Source of the DNA: Macrostomum hystrix
Lineage: Eukaryota > Animalia > Platyhelminthes
Direction: 5' to 3'
Length of the DNA stretch: 64,000 nt
NCBI GenBank assembly: GCA_950097015.1
Contig: CATNEN010000038.1
Location: forward strand, 25,854,001-25,918,000
In this document: piece after piece, positions 13,800 to 24,247 of the stretch
Layout of the letters: every line of letters starts with the position of its first letter
Numbering within the stretch: the stretch's first letter is position 1
Program-made: the position numbers and the translations under genes
The notes under the pieces: model-generated
The model's database searches: none
The model's input: the letters and a program-made list of their open reading frames with translations, nothing else
Told to the model about the DNA's origin: nothing

Positions 13800-14205
13800 A
13801 GGGCAAAGATGATACAGGGAGAGATGAGACGAGGTGGAGATGAGACAGGGTAGAGATGAGACGCAAGAGATGAGACAGGGTAGAGATGAGACAGGGTAGA
13901 GATAAGACGGTAGAGATGAGACAGGGTAGAGATGAGACAGGGTAGAGATGAGACAGGGTAGAGATGAGACAGGGTAGAGATGAGACAGGGTAGAGATGAG
14001 ACGCAAGAGATGAGACAGGGTAGAGATGAGACGCAAGAGATGAGACAGGGTAGAGATGAGACAGGGTATAGATGAGACAGGGTAGCGATGAGACAGGGTA
14101 TAGATGAGTCAGGGTAGAGATGAGACAGGGTAGAGATGAGACAGGGTAGAGATGAGACAGGGTAGCGATGAGACAGGGTAGAGATGAGACAAGTTAGAGG
14201 TGAGA
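13800..14205. repeat. 16-bp tandem array (GAGATGAGACAGGGTA)
   Basis: Directly visible, about 25 copies, with occasional 14-bp GAGATGAGACGCAA variants. Confidence 0.97.
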
Positions 14206-14682
14206 GTGCGCCATTTGCTTATTTACATTTTTGCGTCTATATGCGTTTATTCGGCCTGACAGTAAAACTCATTGATAATCTGAAGTCAGCTAGCAGCTCA
14301 GATGTTACAATTGGGCCTGAATGTACATTATTTTTGCAAAGGGGATCTTGACACGGGGAAAAAAACTGAATGAGAATGGGCTAGCCTGTGCTGTTGCTAG
14401 GCTGCTGTTGGTGGGAAATTTTCTTACCTATTCTTCTCCTATGAAGCATGAGACTTGGTAGGAGCTGCGCTATGTACATCTCGCCGGGAAGGGACGGAAA
14501 ACCAACGCACAGAAAGAGCTTCCAGCCTTCTTGAGCGTGTGAATAACAGCTAAATTTTTGCATCAAGGATTAACTTTAATCTATCTCCAAACTTCATCAA
14601 CAAAATAGAAAAGTTTAGAGCAACAATTCAGAACAATATCTAGTCGTTGTTCAATAAGCAAAACGTAGGTAGTGCGGAGACG

Positions 14683-15691
14683 ATGCAGACAGTTTTTCCG
14701 CATTGTCGCTTAGCAACTGAAGCGGAAGCATCTGGATCACTTCGAGGAGATCGATATTTTGTTCCTCTACCGCTGCCACCGCACAGTAAAGCTTTTGTTA
14801 GACAAACGGCATCAATACCGTCACACGAACTAGACCCGTCGTACAGGTATCGATCGCTAGGCAATTGTCGAGAATCTGCCGCCCCTGGAGAAGCCACAAA
14901 CAACGTCTACAAGCAGTTGTGGCTGCAAGCTTGTCGCCTGCCAGTAGCTGCTAGCTGCGGCAGCTTGTCCGATGCGGACGGACGAGCTGACGGCTTTGAC
15001 TTTCGAGTGTGGCGCAACTTCAGCACCGATTTAGGCCTCCAACTCGCGTCCGCAACTCACGGTACAACGGAGCGCAGTCGAAGAGCAGCGGCCATTGCCG
15101 ACTGCTACCCGTTCCGGGTGCCACAGCCAAGCCACATGGGCCATAGCTCGCTCAGTGTGTGAGTTTGAGTACGAAAGTACGAGTAGAAGTAAGAAAAAAT
15201 ATAAAAATGGAATTTTTAGAGTTTCAAACTAAAATTTTAGCTACCTGGAGGCGTCTACATCGGGCAGACAGCGACGCAGCTGCAACAGACAGCTGGTTGA
15301 CATGCGACGCTTGGAGACGCAAGTAGAAGCTCACCTGGATGCTCTGGCCTGGGTGCGTCGACCTTCGTTGGATGGCCTGGGTCGGATCAAGCCTCCGCCG
15401 GGCTACAAGCGCTATCCAACGCGGCCGCCGCCACCGCAGACGACGAGGCCGCTGCACGATTTGGACATCGACGATTCGACTGGCGTCATCACCGCCGATA
15501 TGCAACCGGATCTGTTCGGCAAGCTGGTCAAGAAGCGCCCGCCACGCCTGTGGAAGCTCAGCTACAGGACTGCGTGCGATGCTAACAAAAAAACGGCGGT
15601 GCGACACGGCCCAGAGAAGGCACGCGGCATGTCTGGCCCCGTCACAGCGTCTGATTGTGTCCTGGCTCCGTCTGATGGTTCTGGAGCTTGA
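14683..15691 (+). CDS. TEX52: TEX52-like protein; join(14683..15158,15241..15691)
   Basis: GTGAGT donor at 15159 and TTTTAG acceptor at 15240 join the two ORFs in frame (phase 2). Motifs WLQACRLP..FDFRVWRNF and RRPSLDGLGRIKPPPGYKRY resemble my recollection of TEX52 (WLDVCRLP..YDSNVWR; PPLD..GNILPP..FKKY). Confidence 0.6.
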
Positions 15692-17029
15692 CATACTTTA
15701 TGTGTTTCATATGTTCTAATCCTTAATCATTCAGCTGGAATGTGAAAAAAAACATTTTTTTAATATTATCATGACAACAAACTATTTTGCGCCTTCAAAA
15801 TGCTCAGAATTGATTAGAACTTTGGATTAAATGGCTTCCTTAACTAGAAATGTGGGTTCCTGACTAGAACTGTGGAGTCCTGACCAGAACTGTGGATTCT
15901 GACTGAAAATAGTAAAGATAACCCGTTAATTTTACAGTTAACGATTAAACCGTTCATTTTTATGTACTTTTCAAGCCGAATGAATCACTAGCTAAGCGCC
16001 ACGCGAATAAGTCTTTCCGGTAATCTTAAGAGATACATCTCGAGAGTCTGAGCAAGCAAGCACCCAATTGCTAAAGTAGATAATCTTAATTAAAGAAAAA
16101 CTTTTTTACCGTCAGCCACGGAACACATTTGTAGACTCCGTCTGTCACTAAAAGTTATTTACACTGCGCCTTTTCATCGAAATAAATGAAAAAAGTTGTG
16201 CAACCTGTCACGTTTCTCTCTCAACTCGCTTCTATTTTTGGTCTCAGTCAGTTTATATTAGATTTTTTGCCTGACAGAAAAGACGGACAAATGACAGTTT
16301 GGTTTCTAACCCGGCTCAAGAACTTGAAAAAAATATTCAAGAGAAGGTATTGGCAGATAAAACTGGGTCTTTATGAGACGAGAAAACTATTGGAAGATAG
16401 AATTCGAAAACATGGAAGTGTTTCTTTTGTTTCGTCTCGTCTCGTCTCGTCTCGTCTGTTCAGGGCCTGTTTATCGAAGGCTTAAGCGCTGGCCTTATTA
16501 AACATGTACGTATGTATGACTACATATACTTGCTCATGCCAAAATTGAGAGCAATGAAATGAACAGAATTAGACACGATAAGATCAGCAACTCGACTGAC
16601 TTCAAATGTACGAGATATTTTCTTCTTATTCTGACAAACTTTGTGCCTCCTTAACGTATAGTCTGACAGATCGAAGCTACCTGATTAAAACAAAAATGAT
16701 ACCTTGCATTTCGAGGTACCATTAGTCTGCTGGGCCTTGTAAATGACTCAGGAATTTGTGTAACAGTGAATGTGCTGTCCTCCGATCCAGTGATACTGAT
16801 GCGTTAGAAACTGAAATAAGGTCATAATGAATTGATAATAAGCATGCACTCGTTATGTAGAGCCATATAATTCCTTTACCATCCCGGCGATGCGCAACAA
16901 TACAAAGCTTGCAAACTTGCACAAGTTATTATTCGTTACATTATAAAGAACAAGAGAGCTATTTCAAATACCCACATTTTTTTCTATAACTCACTAAAAT
17001 ATACAAGTCACCATGAAAATCCAGAATAT

Positions 17030-17460
17030 AGGCAAATATGTCCACTCTAGTATCTACTTAATCAACTTCCAGAATCATAAAACATCGGCATCGTTGATAT
17101 ATATTCAACGACCTTCGTCGGGGTGTCTGTTGGAAAAACCACAAATAGAGGCAAATAAGTTTCAGCTCTGTCGGCTGTTATTGTTAATTATAATTATATT
17201 GTTAAATAATAATTATTATAGTAAATTTTTATCTATTTATTAAATATAGCTTCGTATTATTATTAATATATTATTAAATATATATATATCTCGACGGCTT
17301 TAAAGTTGGTTCATCGAAATGGCGGAAACATTGATCAATGTGGTAGAGTTTCACAAAAATCGGTTTGGAAGCTTTCGTGAAGTAGGCAGTGGGTATTTTT
17401 AATACCTCGTTGTTTTTCCCAAGAGGGAAAATAACGTGGTACTAGTAATTCTTCTGTTAA
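17030..17460 (-). repeat. Dispersed repeat family C copy
   Basis: Reverse complement contains AAATACCCACTGCCTACTTCACGA and related blocks shared with 37335-37560, 52018-52400 and 57510-57820. Confidence 0.7.
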
Positions 17461-17991
17461 GCCATTTCGTTTTCCACTCTAAATTTTCTAGTTTTCTAAG
17501 CGGGTCACTCTAATTCCTTGAACAGCCAGTGGGTACCATGTGAGCATGCTTCTTTTAGGCAAAGGTAAACTAGCTTGTTTAAAGCCGAATTCATTTAGCC
17601 GCTGCTATGATCGCAAACCTTCATACAACCAGCCAGTTTAAGGGCAAGCAAACAAGCGTCCAGGTGTTCAAGCAATCGTAAAAAACTCGCGTCTGATATA
17701 AAAAATCTGAATGCAAAAGGCGTTAGATAACGTGGAAGGACTTCGCTCGGAAAGGGGCATTTCGATATGCGGCAGTACGTGCTTCTCAGCGTCTAAGCAA
17801 ACTTTTTTCGATTGGCTAAAACTGCCTCGGCCACTAAATTCAATGCTCAAGTTCTGTGCACAATCGTGGAATTTCTATAAAAGTACCCGACCCAAGACAG
17901 GTAAAAATAATTAGCCAACAAGCCTAGCCAACGCCTAAATAGAGAAATCAACGAAATAGATAATAGGGTAAACAGTAGCTCCGAAAGTGAA

Positions 17992-19188
17992 ATGGAGCTT
18001 GTTGATAGCGGCAACGACACAGAATGCATGCAAAGCTTCGACGCCATGTACAACAGCACATTGGAGGCCTACTTGACCTTCATACCTGGCGTCGTTACTT
18101 TCGCCCGAGTCGTCATACCATTGTGGATCGCACTAGGAGTACCAGGATCTCTTCTAAGCCTGTTCGTGTGGAGCAGCAAGCCCATGCGATCCTCATCGAG
18201 CGTGTATCTGTGTGCGCTCGCCATCTTGGATTTGATGTTTCTGTTGGGCCAGCAGGTGCCGTTTCACTTATACTTCTATTACGATGTCGAGGTTATGTAC
18301 AATCCATTTATTTGTCGAGCATTTCCTGTCTATAATATGTGGCTCCAGTACTTATCGCCGCTACTAACCCTGGGCTTCACAGTTGAGCGCTACATCAGCA
18401 TCTGCCATCCGTTTAGTCGGAAAGAGTTCTGCTCAGTCCGACGAGCCATCATAGTTGTATCCTCCATGACAGTTGCCTGTCTCGCATTGGGACTAGTGCA
18501 GCTGCACTTTTATCGCTACTATTTCCACACGACTGCCAGCTGCTCGGAGGATTTGCGCATCTTCAATCGTAGCACGCCGGAGCATCGGTTCTACAGCGTC
18601 TGGTCCAAGTTCACTGAGGTGATGTTCTTCGCACTGGCGCCAGTAGCTATTCTAGTCTTTAACATCCTGGTGCTGGTGGAGGCGCGCAGGGTTATTCGGA
18701 AGCGACCGCCCGGCAGTGGTCAGCGAAAATCTGCTGCCACAACCGCAACTTTGCTGACCGTCAGTTTTTATCAGATCGGCGCTGTGCTTCCTGTCACAGT
18801 TCTGCTGTTCGTCGGACTGACTATCCTGACGTCTAATCCGCAGCTTCCGTGTGGAATTTCTGAAGCAGAAGCCCTGGAACAGATTTCCCAGGGGCAGTGG
18901 CCTGAAGTCAGATTCTACCTGAATTACCTGACCGTGACCAGAATTGTCGACTGCATGGCGCTCAGCCACTACGCAATGAAGTTTTTCATCTATTTGGCTA
19001 CTGGACGAGGCTTCAGGCGCCAGCTCATGCTGAGCCTGCCGCGCTTCCTGACTGGCGACAGCGACGATCGGGAAGTCAACGACGCAGATAGGCGAAAGGA
19101 GTCAGCTGGAAGGCGACGGAGGCTTCGGAGGAGTAGTAAGGATGCCAAGAGCAGCCGCAGCGCAGGTGTCACTTCTACCCTTGTTTGA
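17992..19188 (+). CDS. Intronless rhodopsin-class (class A) peptide GPCR, FMRFamide/sex-peptide-receptor-like
   Basis: 398 aa with seven hydrophobic segments, SSSVYLCALAILD (TM2), TVERYISICHP (DRY-like) and FFIY..TGRGFR (TM7/helix 8). Confidence 0.92.
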   Translation: MELVDSGNDTECMQSFDAMYNSTLEAYLTFIPGVVTFARVVIPLWIALGVPGSLLSLFVWSSKPMRSSSSVYLCALAILDLMFLLGQQVPFHLYFYYDVEVMYNPFICRAFPVYNMWLQYLSPLLTLGFTVERYISICHPFSRKEFCSVRRAIIVVSSMTVACLALGLVQLHFYRYYFHTTASCSEDLRIFNRSTPEHRFYSVWSKFTEVMFFALAPVAILVFNILVLVEARRVIRKRPPGSGQRKSAATTATLLTVSFYQIGAVLPVTVLLFVGLTILTSNPQLPCGISEAEALEQISQGQWPEVRFYLNYLTVTRIVDCMALSHYAMKFFIYLATGRGFRRQLMLSLPRFLTGDSDDREVNDADRRKESAGRRRRLRRSSKDAKSSRSAGVTSTLV

Positions 19189-19567
19189 GACTTTTAAGCC
19201 ATCTGAGACTGTTATACTACCTGTGCATGTACTGTTTGTGTAAAAAATGCCGAATTTCGATTTACCAAGATTAACGTTTAGATCCCCAAAAATATTTTTG
19301 TCTAAAACGGGCTGTAAACAATAAGGTTTAAACTGAAAAAAACCAAGACCTGAAGTCAGTGCAATTATATTTTTTCTTTTCGATAAACAGTAAGCCCTCA
19401 AAGAGCCGGTAATCTATCAACGACTAAAAACGATCGCATCACTTATGGAGAAAAGCAAAGTTTAGCAGCCGCAAACGGTATGGCAGTTGATGATCAATAA
19501 TGCATTTCTCCACTTTTATTAATATAAATTAGATGGCGCTTTCAAAGGATTTGCACAATGGTTCAGT

Positions 19568-19704
19568 CCATAGACTACCCACCTACCATTTAATCCCCAG
19601 CTTGGCCCGGCCTATTGCATATTAATTCTGTGCATTTATTATTTAATCGGCCTACGCCGTTAAATGATTTAACGGCCTAGGCCGATTAAACATATAGTCT
19701 ATGG
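19568..19704. mobile_element. Small palindromic element with CCATAGACTA...TAGTCTATGG termini (possibly Crypton-like non-autonomous)
   Basis: 10-bp perfect terminal inverted repeat and an internal hairpin AATCGGCCTA.GCCGTTAAAT/ATTTAACGGCCTAGGCCGATT. The Crypton assignment is from recollection of TATGG termini. Confidence 0.5.
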
Positions 19705-19773
19705 TCACGGTTGCTGTAAACAGTTTTAGGTTTGCGATCTCGTGAGCTGGGCCAAGCTTTAGGATTAAATACT

Positions 19774-19913
19774 ATAATACCCCCCTGAAATCGTTGTCTA
19801 TGGCCTAATTGGAACGGCTTCGGACTGCGCTTCTGGGCCTCGGCTTCGCCTCGGCCAAGAAACGCGTCCTCAGCCTTTCTTAGGCCAAAGAAACGAAATC
19901 AGGGGGGTATTAT
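19774..19913. mobile_element. 140-bp near-palindromic element with a central GGCCTCGGCTTCGCCTCGGCC motif
   Basis: ATAATACCCCCCTGA...TCAGGGGGGTATTAT termini and imperfect arm pairing throughout. Confidence 0.6.
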
Positions 19914-20488
19914 TCTATACTTCACACCGGTGATTCGAACTGACAACCTCTCGTTCAAAATTAAAATGCTCTAAACACTAGGGTACACAGCCAAGAACTC
20001 ATAGTGTGAGTATTATTGTGAAACGTGGCACAAATGCATACAAAGCAACAGATAAGGGACCTGACTTTCGTAAGCAATCATATGTATTTCGGATTATATT
20101 AAGCTAGACATAATAAAGATTATAAGTTATAACAAACTTCACAAGGAGTAAGCAACACCTGCAATATGTACACCTGCTAGGCGCAGTTTTTTTTAGCAGG
20201 CATAACATATAGCATTGCAGCTACATAGAGACTTCCACTTGATTAACTGAGCGCACACTATACAGATTTAATTAACCTAAATAAAGAATACATGTACATC
20301 ATGCACTTTCATGAGTACAAAATTTTGTCTGTCTGGAAGTTTTGAGCATATTGGTAAAATGCGGATGGTAGATGTATTTATATATTTTCACTTCCCTTCA
20401 GAAGTTATACAAGCACATTTGTTTATTAAAAACAATCATAAATGCAAAGAAGTTTTAGAATACACTATTTTAATAAATCAAAGGTCGT

Positions 20489-20799
20489 CATAGGCGTAGG
20501 AATGATTAAAAAAGTGGGGGGGGCCAAGGCAAAGGGGAGGATCCATTTCCCCGAAAAAATATCCCAAAAATGACAATTGTTATTATTTCAATATTGCCCT
20601 TGCAGTAAAAAATTGTAAAAAATTGTAAAAAATTGTAAAAAATTGTAAAAAATTGAAAAAAATTGTAAAAAAATAGGCAAAAAGTCAACATTTTGCTTTT
20701 TAAATGTGGGGGGGGGGGGCAGATCTCATTACTGGCCCCCCCCAACTTAAAAAGTGGGGGGGCCATGGCCCCACTGTCCCCCCCGTTCCTACGCCTATG
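20489..20799. mobile_element. hAT-type MITE, 311 bp
   Basis: TIR CATAGGCGTAGGAA / TTCCTACGCCTATG, flanked by a perfect 8-bp TSD AAGGTCGT (20481-20488 and 20800-20807). A degraded end of the same family lies near 31770-31806. Confidence 0.92.
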
Positions 20800-21000
20800 A
20801 AGGTCGTCAAGGAATACTTTGAAATGAAAAAAACATGCTATGGGCAATGTCTTTAACTTGCTGCTAGCGTATATAGTTTTTTACGTTAAAGTTATGGACG
20901 CTAATAATATAGCTCGTATTGTAACCATAAAAGCAATCGATTTCCGAGATATTCAAGCTTTTTATCCTTCTAATCATATGATAAGAGATTCTTACATGTA

Positions 21001-22760
21001 CTAGGCGTGTCCCAAAAGTAGTTTTAATTTTTGTATTCTGCCATGAATCAGGAGGTGTGCCCCGAAATAATTCGCATATGGAAAGCGATCAGTGGCTCAT
21101 TTTAGCTTTCTTCTTAGAAAAGATCAAATTTGAGTCTCACTCTAAGCAGTGTGGACTTGTTTGAGCACATTTAGCCATAGTATAGTTACGATATGCTCGC
21201 TGACAAAAACAACGCCATGCAGTTTTTACCCTCTGGGGCCAATTTCATGAAACGCTGCTAACGGTTATTTAGCAGCTGCTAAAGGCGGTTTGGTTTCACG
21301 AAGCAGATCTATGTCTATGTGTCAATGTGTCAGAGCACTGAGCTTACTAGAGTACATAATGGTAGGCGAGGGATCAACAGTGAAGCCCGCCCACTTCTTC
21401 CGAGCAATATTTGTCTATGGCCAAGACCACTTGTGCGGAGTCATGGAACCACTGGCAGGTCAGCAGTTAGCAGCTGCTAAGAAGCAACTGCTATTTAGCT
21501 GTTGCGGAAAATCGATTTCACGACGAACTGCTAAGTTGGACAGAAACCTTAGCAGCCGGTTAGTGCCATAGACAAACTTAAAAGCGGTAGAGTAAGGGAG
21601 CTCACATAAAACTAGAAAGAGACAGAACGATTTTTGCCTGCCTCTGCTTGTCTCCACCAAATTTGTTCGCCTACGCATATGGCGTCCGTGGACCAGAAGA
21701 AGTACAAAGTACCATCAACGGCTCCGCACACAGACGGCATACCAGCAATGTCGTAGAATCGTTGTGCAAGACCATGGGGGTCAGGCCACCTGACCGTCTC
21801 ATGGAACAGCTCCGCGTTAATTGCATTGGCCACGCGTCTCACAACTCGACACACTGTTGACTCCGACGGTCCGTGGGCGTCTCGGATCACGTGGTAGAAG
21901 CTGCTGGTCGCAAAAAACCGCAGGGCAGTCAAAGTCTGCTCACGCGAACTCAAGGCGCAGCTTCGGTTGGTATCGTGTTCCAATTGAGGACCAACCCGTT
22001 CCAGTAGCAACTCGACAGTTTCCGCATTCATTCGAAAGCGCTGGCGGAAATCAAGGTCCGCGTCTAAATTTACTCTGTCTCTAAATTCTCGTGGTCTTCG
22101 TTGGTTAAGTTGGTAGTCAACGAGGTTAAAGTCATCAAGAAAGTCCATATTAGCCTGTTCCGAGGGATGCTCAAATTTAACCGCGAATTCCTAACCTCTT
22201 TAGCAGACTGCTACTTTCATGAAACCGAAAAAATTTTCTGCTGCTAAATCGGGGGTTCATGCCATAGACACTTCACTGGTAACAGTGGTCTCTCCACTCT
22301 CTTCACCCTCCACAGAGCTTTGTGAAAGCCGCCTTACAGCTCAGCGTGAAATATTCTTACCACAACTGCTAAATAGCAACTGCTAAGTTAGCAGCTGCTA
22401 ACTGCTAACTTAGCAGTGTTTCATGAAATCGGCCCCTGGAGTCTGGGTCAAAAATGTCCTAAATCCATGACAACCAAACCCGCAATCATGGTTCCGAGAC
22501 CATCAACAGAAGGACAGCGTATCGGTGGGTCGAGCAGTTTGAGGCTGGCCGAAAAAGGGTGGCTAATCTTCCAAAGAGTGGTCGCCGCTGGAACTCGTCC
22601 TCGCTGCATAATCCGGCAGAGTGCTGACAGACTTGACGCACTAAGATCCAGCGTGCATCGGTGCATGACCGACAGCATGGGGCTAGGGAAGCTCAGTGCT
22701 CAGCGTTGGGTCCCACGCCTTCTGTCTGAGGACATCAAGGCCCATGCAGCGCATATCCAG
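21001..22760 (+). mobile_element. 5' half of a mariner transposon, interrupted by a Harbinger element
   Basis: Removing the Harbinger and one TSD restores KQRHAVFTLWSLGQK. This is followed by TAYRWVEQFEAGRKRVANLPKSGR (HTH, RSGRP-like) and KLSAQRWVPRLL (WVPHEL linker). The left end is approximate. Confidence 0.8.
21236..22435 (-). mobile_element. PIF/Harbinger transposon, 1200-bp internal-deletion derivative with truncated transposase (21612..22148)
   Basis: TIRs GGGCCAATTTCATGAAACGCTGCTAA / TTAGCAGTGTTTCATGAAATCGGCCC and 3-bp TSD CTG (21233-21235, 22436-22438). The ORF has FRQRFRM, LRFFATSS, SESTVCRVV and CGAVDGT (HARBI1-like), and ends just after the first catalytic Asp. Confidence 0.93.
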
Positions 22761-24052
22761 TGACATCTTCCAGATCAAACTGACATATCTAGCATCCATA
22801 TCCAGTTACATCTTCCAGATCAAACTGACGTATCTAGCATCCATATCCAGTTACATCTTCCAGATCAAACTGACATATCTAGCATCCATATCCAGTTACA
22901 TCTTCCAGATCAAACTGACGTATCTAGCATCCATATCCAGTGACATCTTCCAGATCAAACTGACGTATCTAGCATCCATATCCAGTGACATCTTCCAGTT
23001 CAAACTGATAGATCTAGCATCCATATCCAGTGACATCTTCCAGATCAAACTGATATATCTAGCATCCATATCCAGTGACATCTTCCAGATCAAACTGATA
23101 TATCTAGCAACCATATCCAGTGACATATTCCAGATCAAACTGACATATCTAGCATCCATATCCAGTGACATCTTCCAGATCAAACTGACATATCTAGCAT
23201 CCATATCCAGTGACTTCTTCCAGATCAAACTGACGTATCTAGCATCCATATCCAGTGACATCTTCCAGATCAAACTGACGTATCTAGCATCAATATCCAG
23301 TGACATCTTCCAGATCAAACTGACGTATCTAGCATCCATATCCATTGACATCTTCCAGATCAAACTGACGTATCTAGCATCCATATCCAGTGACATCTTC
23401 CAGATCAAACTGACGTATCTAGCATCCATATCCATTGACATCTTCCAGATCAAACTGACGTATCTAGCATTCATATCCAGTTACATCTTCCAGATCAAAC
23501 TGACGTATCTAGCATCCATATCCAGTGACATCTTCCAGATCAAACTGACGTATCTAGAATCCATATCCAGTGACATCTTCCAGATCAAACTGACGTATCT
23601 AGCATCCATATCCAGTGACATCTTCCAGATCAAACTGACATATCTAGCATCCATATCCAGTGACTTCTTCCAGATCAAACTGACGTATCTAGCATCCATA
23701 TCCAGTGACATCTTCCAGATCAAACTGACGTATCTAGCATCAATATCCAGTGACATCTTCCAGATCAAACTGACGTATCTAGCATCCATATCCATTGACA
23801 TCTTCCAGATCAAACTGACGTATCTAGCATCCATATCCAGTGACATCTTCCAGATCAAACTGACGTATCTAGCATCCATATCCATTGACATCTTCCAGAT
23901 CAAACTGACGTATCTAGCATTCATATCCAGTTACATCTTCCAGATCAAACTGACGTATCTAGCATCCATATCCAGTGACATCTTCCAGATCAAACTGACG
24001 TATCTAGCATCCATATCCAGTGACTTCTTCCAGATCAAACTGACGTATCTAG
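22752..24052. repeat. 45-bp tandem array (CATATCCAGTGACATCTTCCAGATCAAACTGACGTATCTAGCATC)
   Basis: About 29 copies. Diagnostic variants recur 450 bp apart. Confidence 0.98.
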
Positions 24053-24247
24053 TTTAAAAAAATCAAACAATTAAAAATACTTTCAGTGTGTTTCTACAAA
24101 TGTATAAATCTTTATTCCCTTTTTCAATCTAAGTATTTCATAGCGTATAACTGTTTAATTCGTTAATGAAAAATACAGATTTTTATACATCATGCATACC
24201 CTCAGTAGTATGAAAAAATGTGATTACACGAGAAAATAAGCAACTCA

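Noticed and set aside
22696-24057. 453-aa repeat ORF and antisense DMDARYVSLIWKM ORFs as real proteins
   Set aside because: A 45-bp period keeps frames open automatically, and there is no independent coding evidence.
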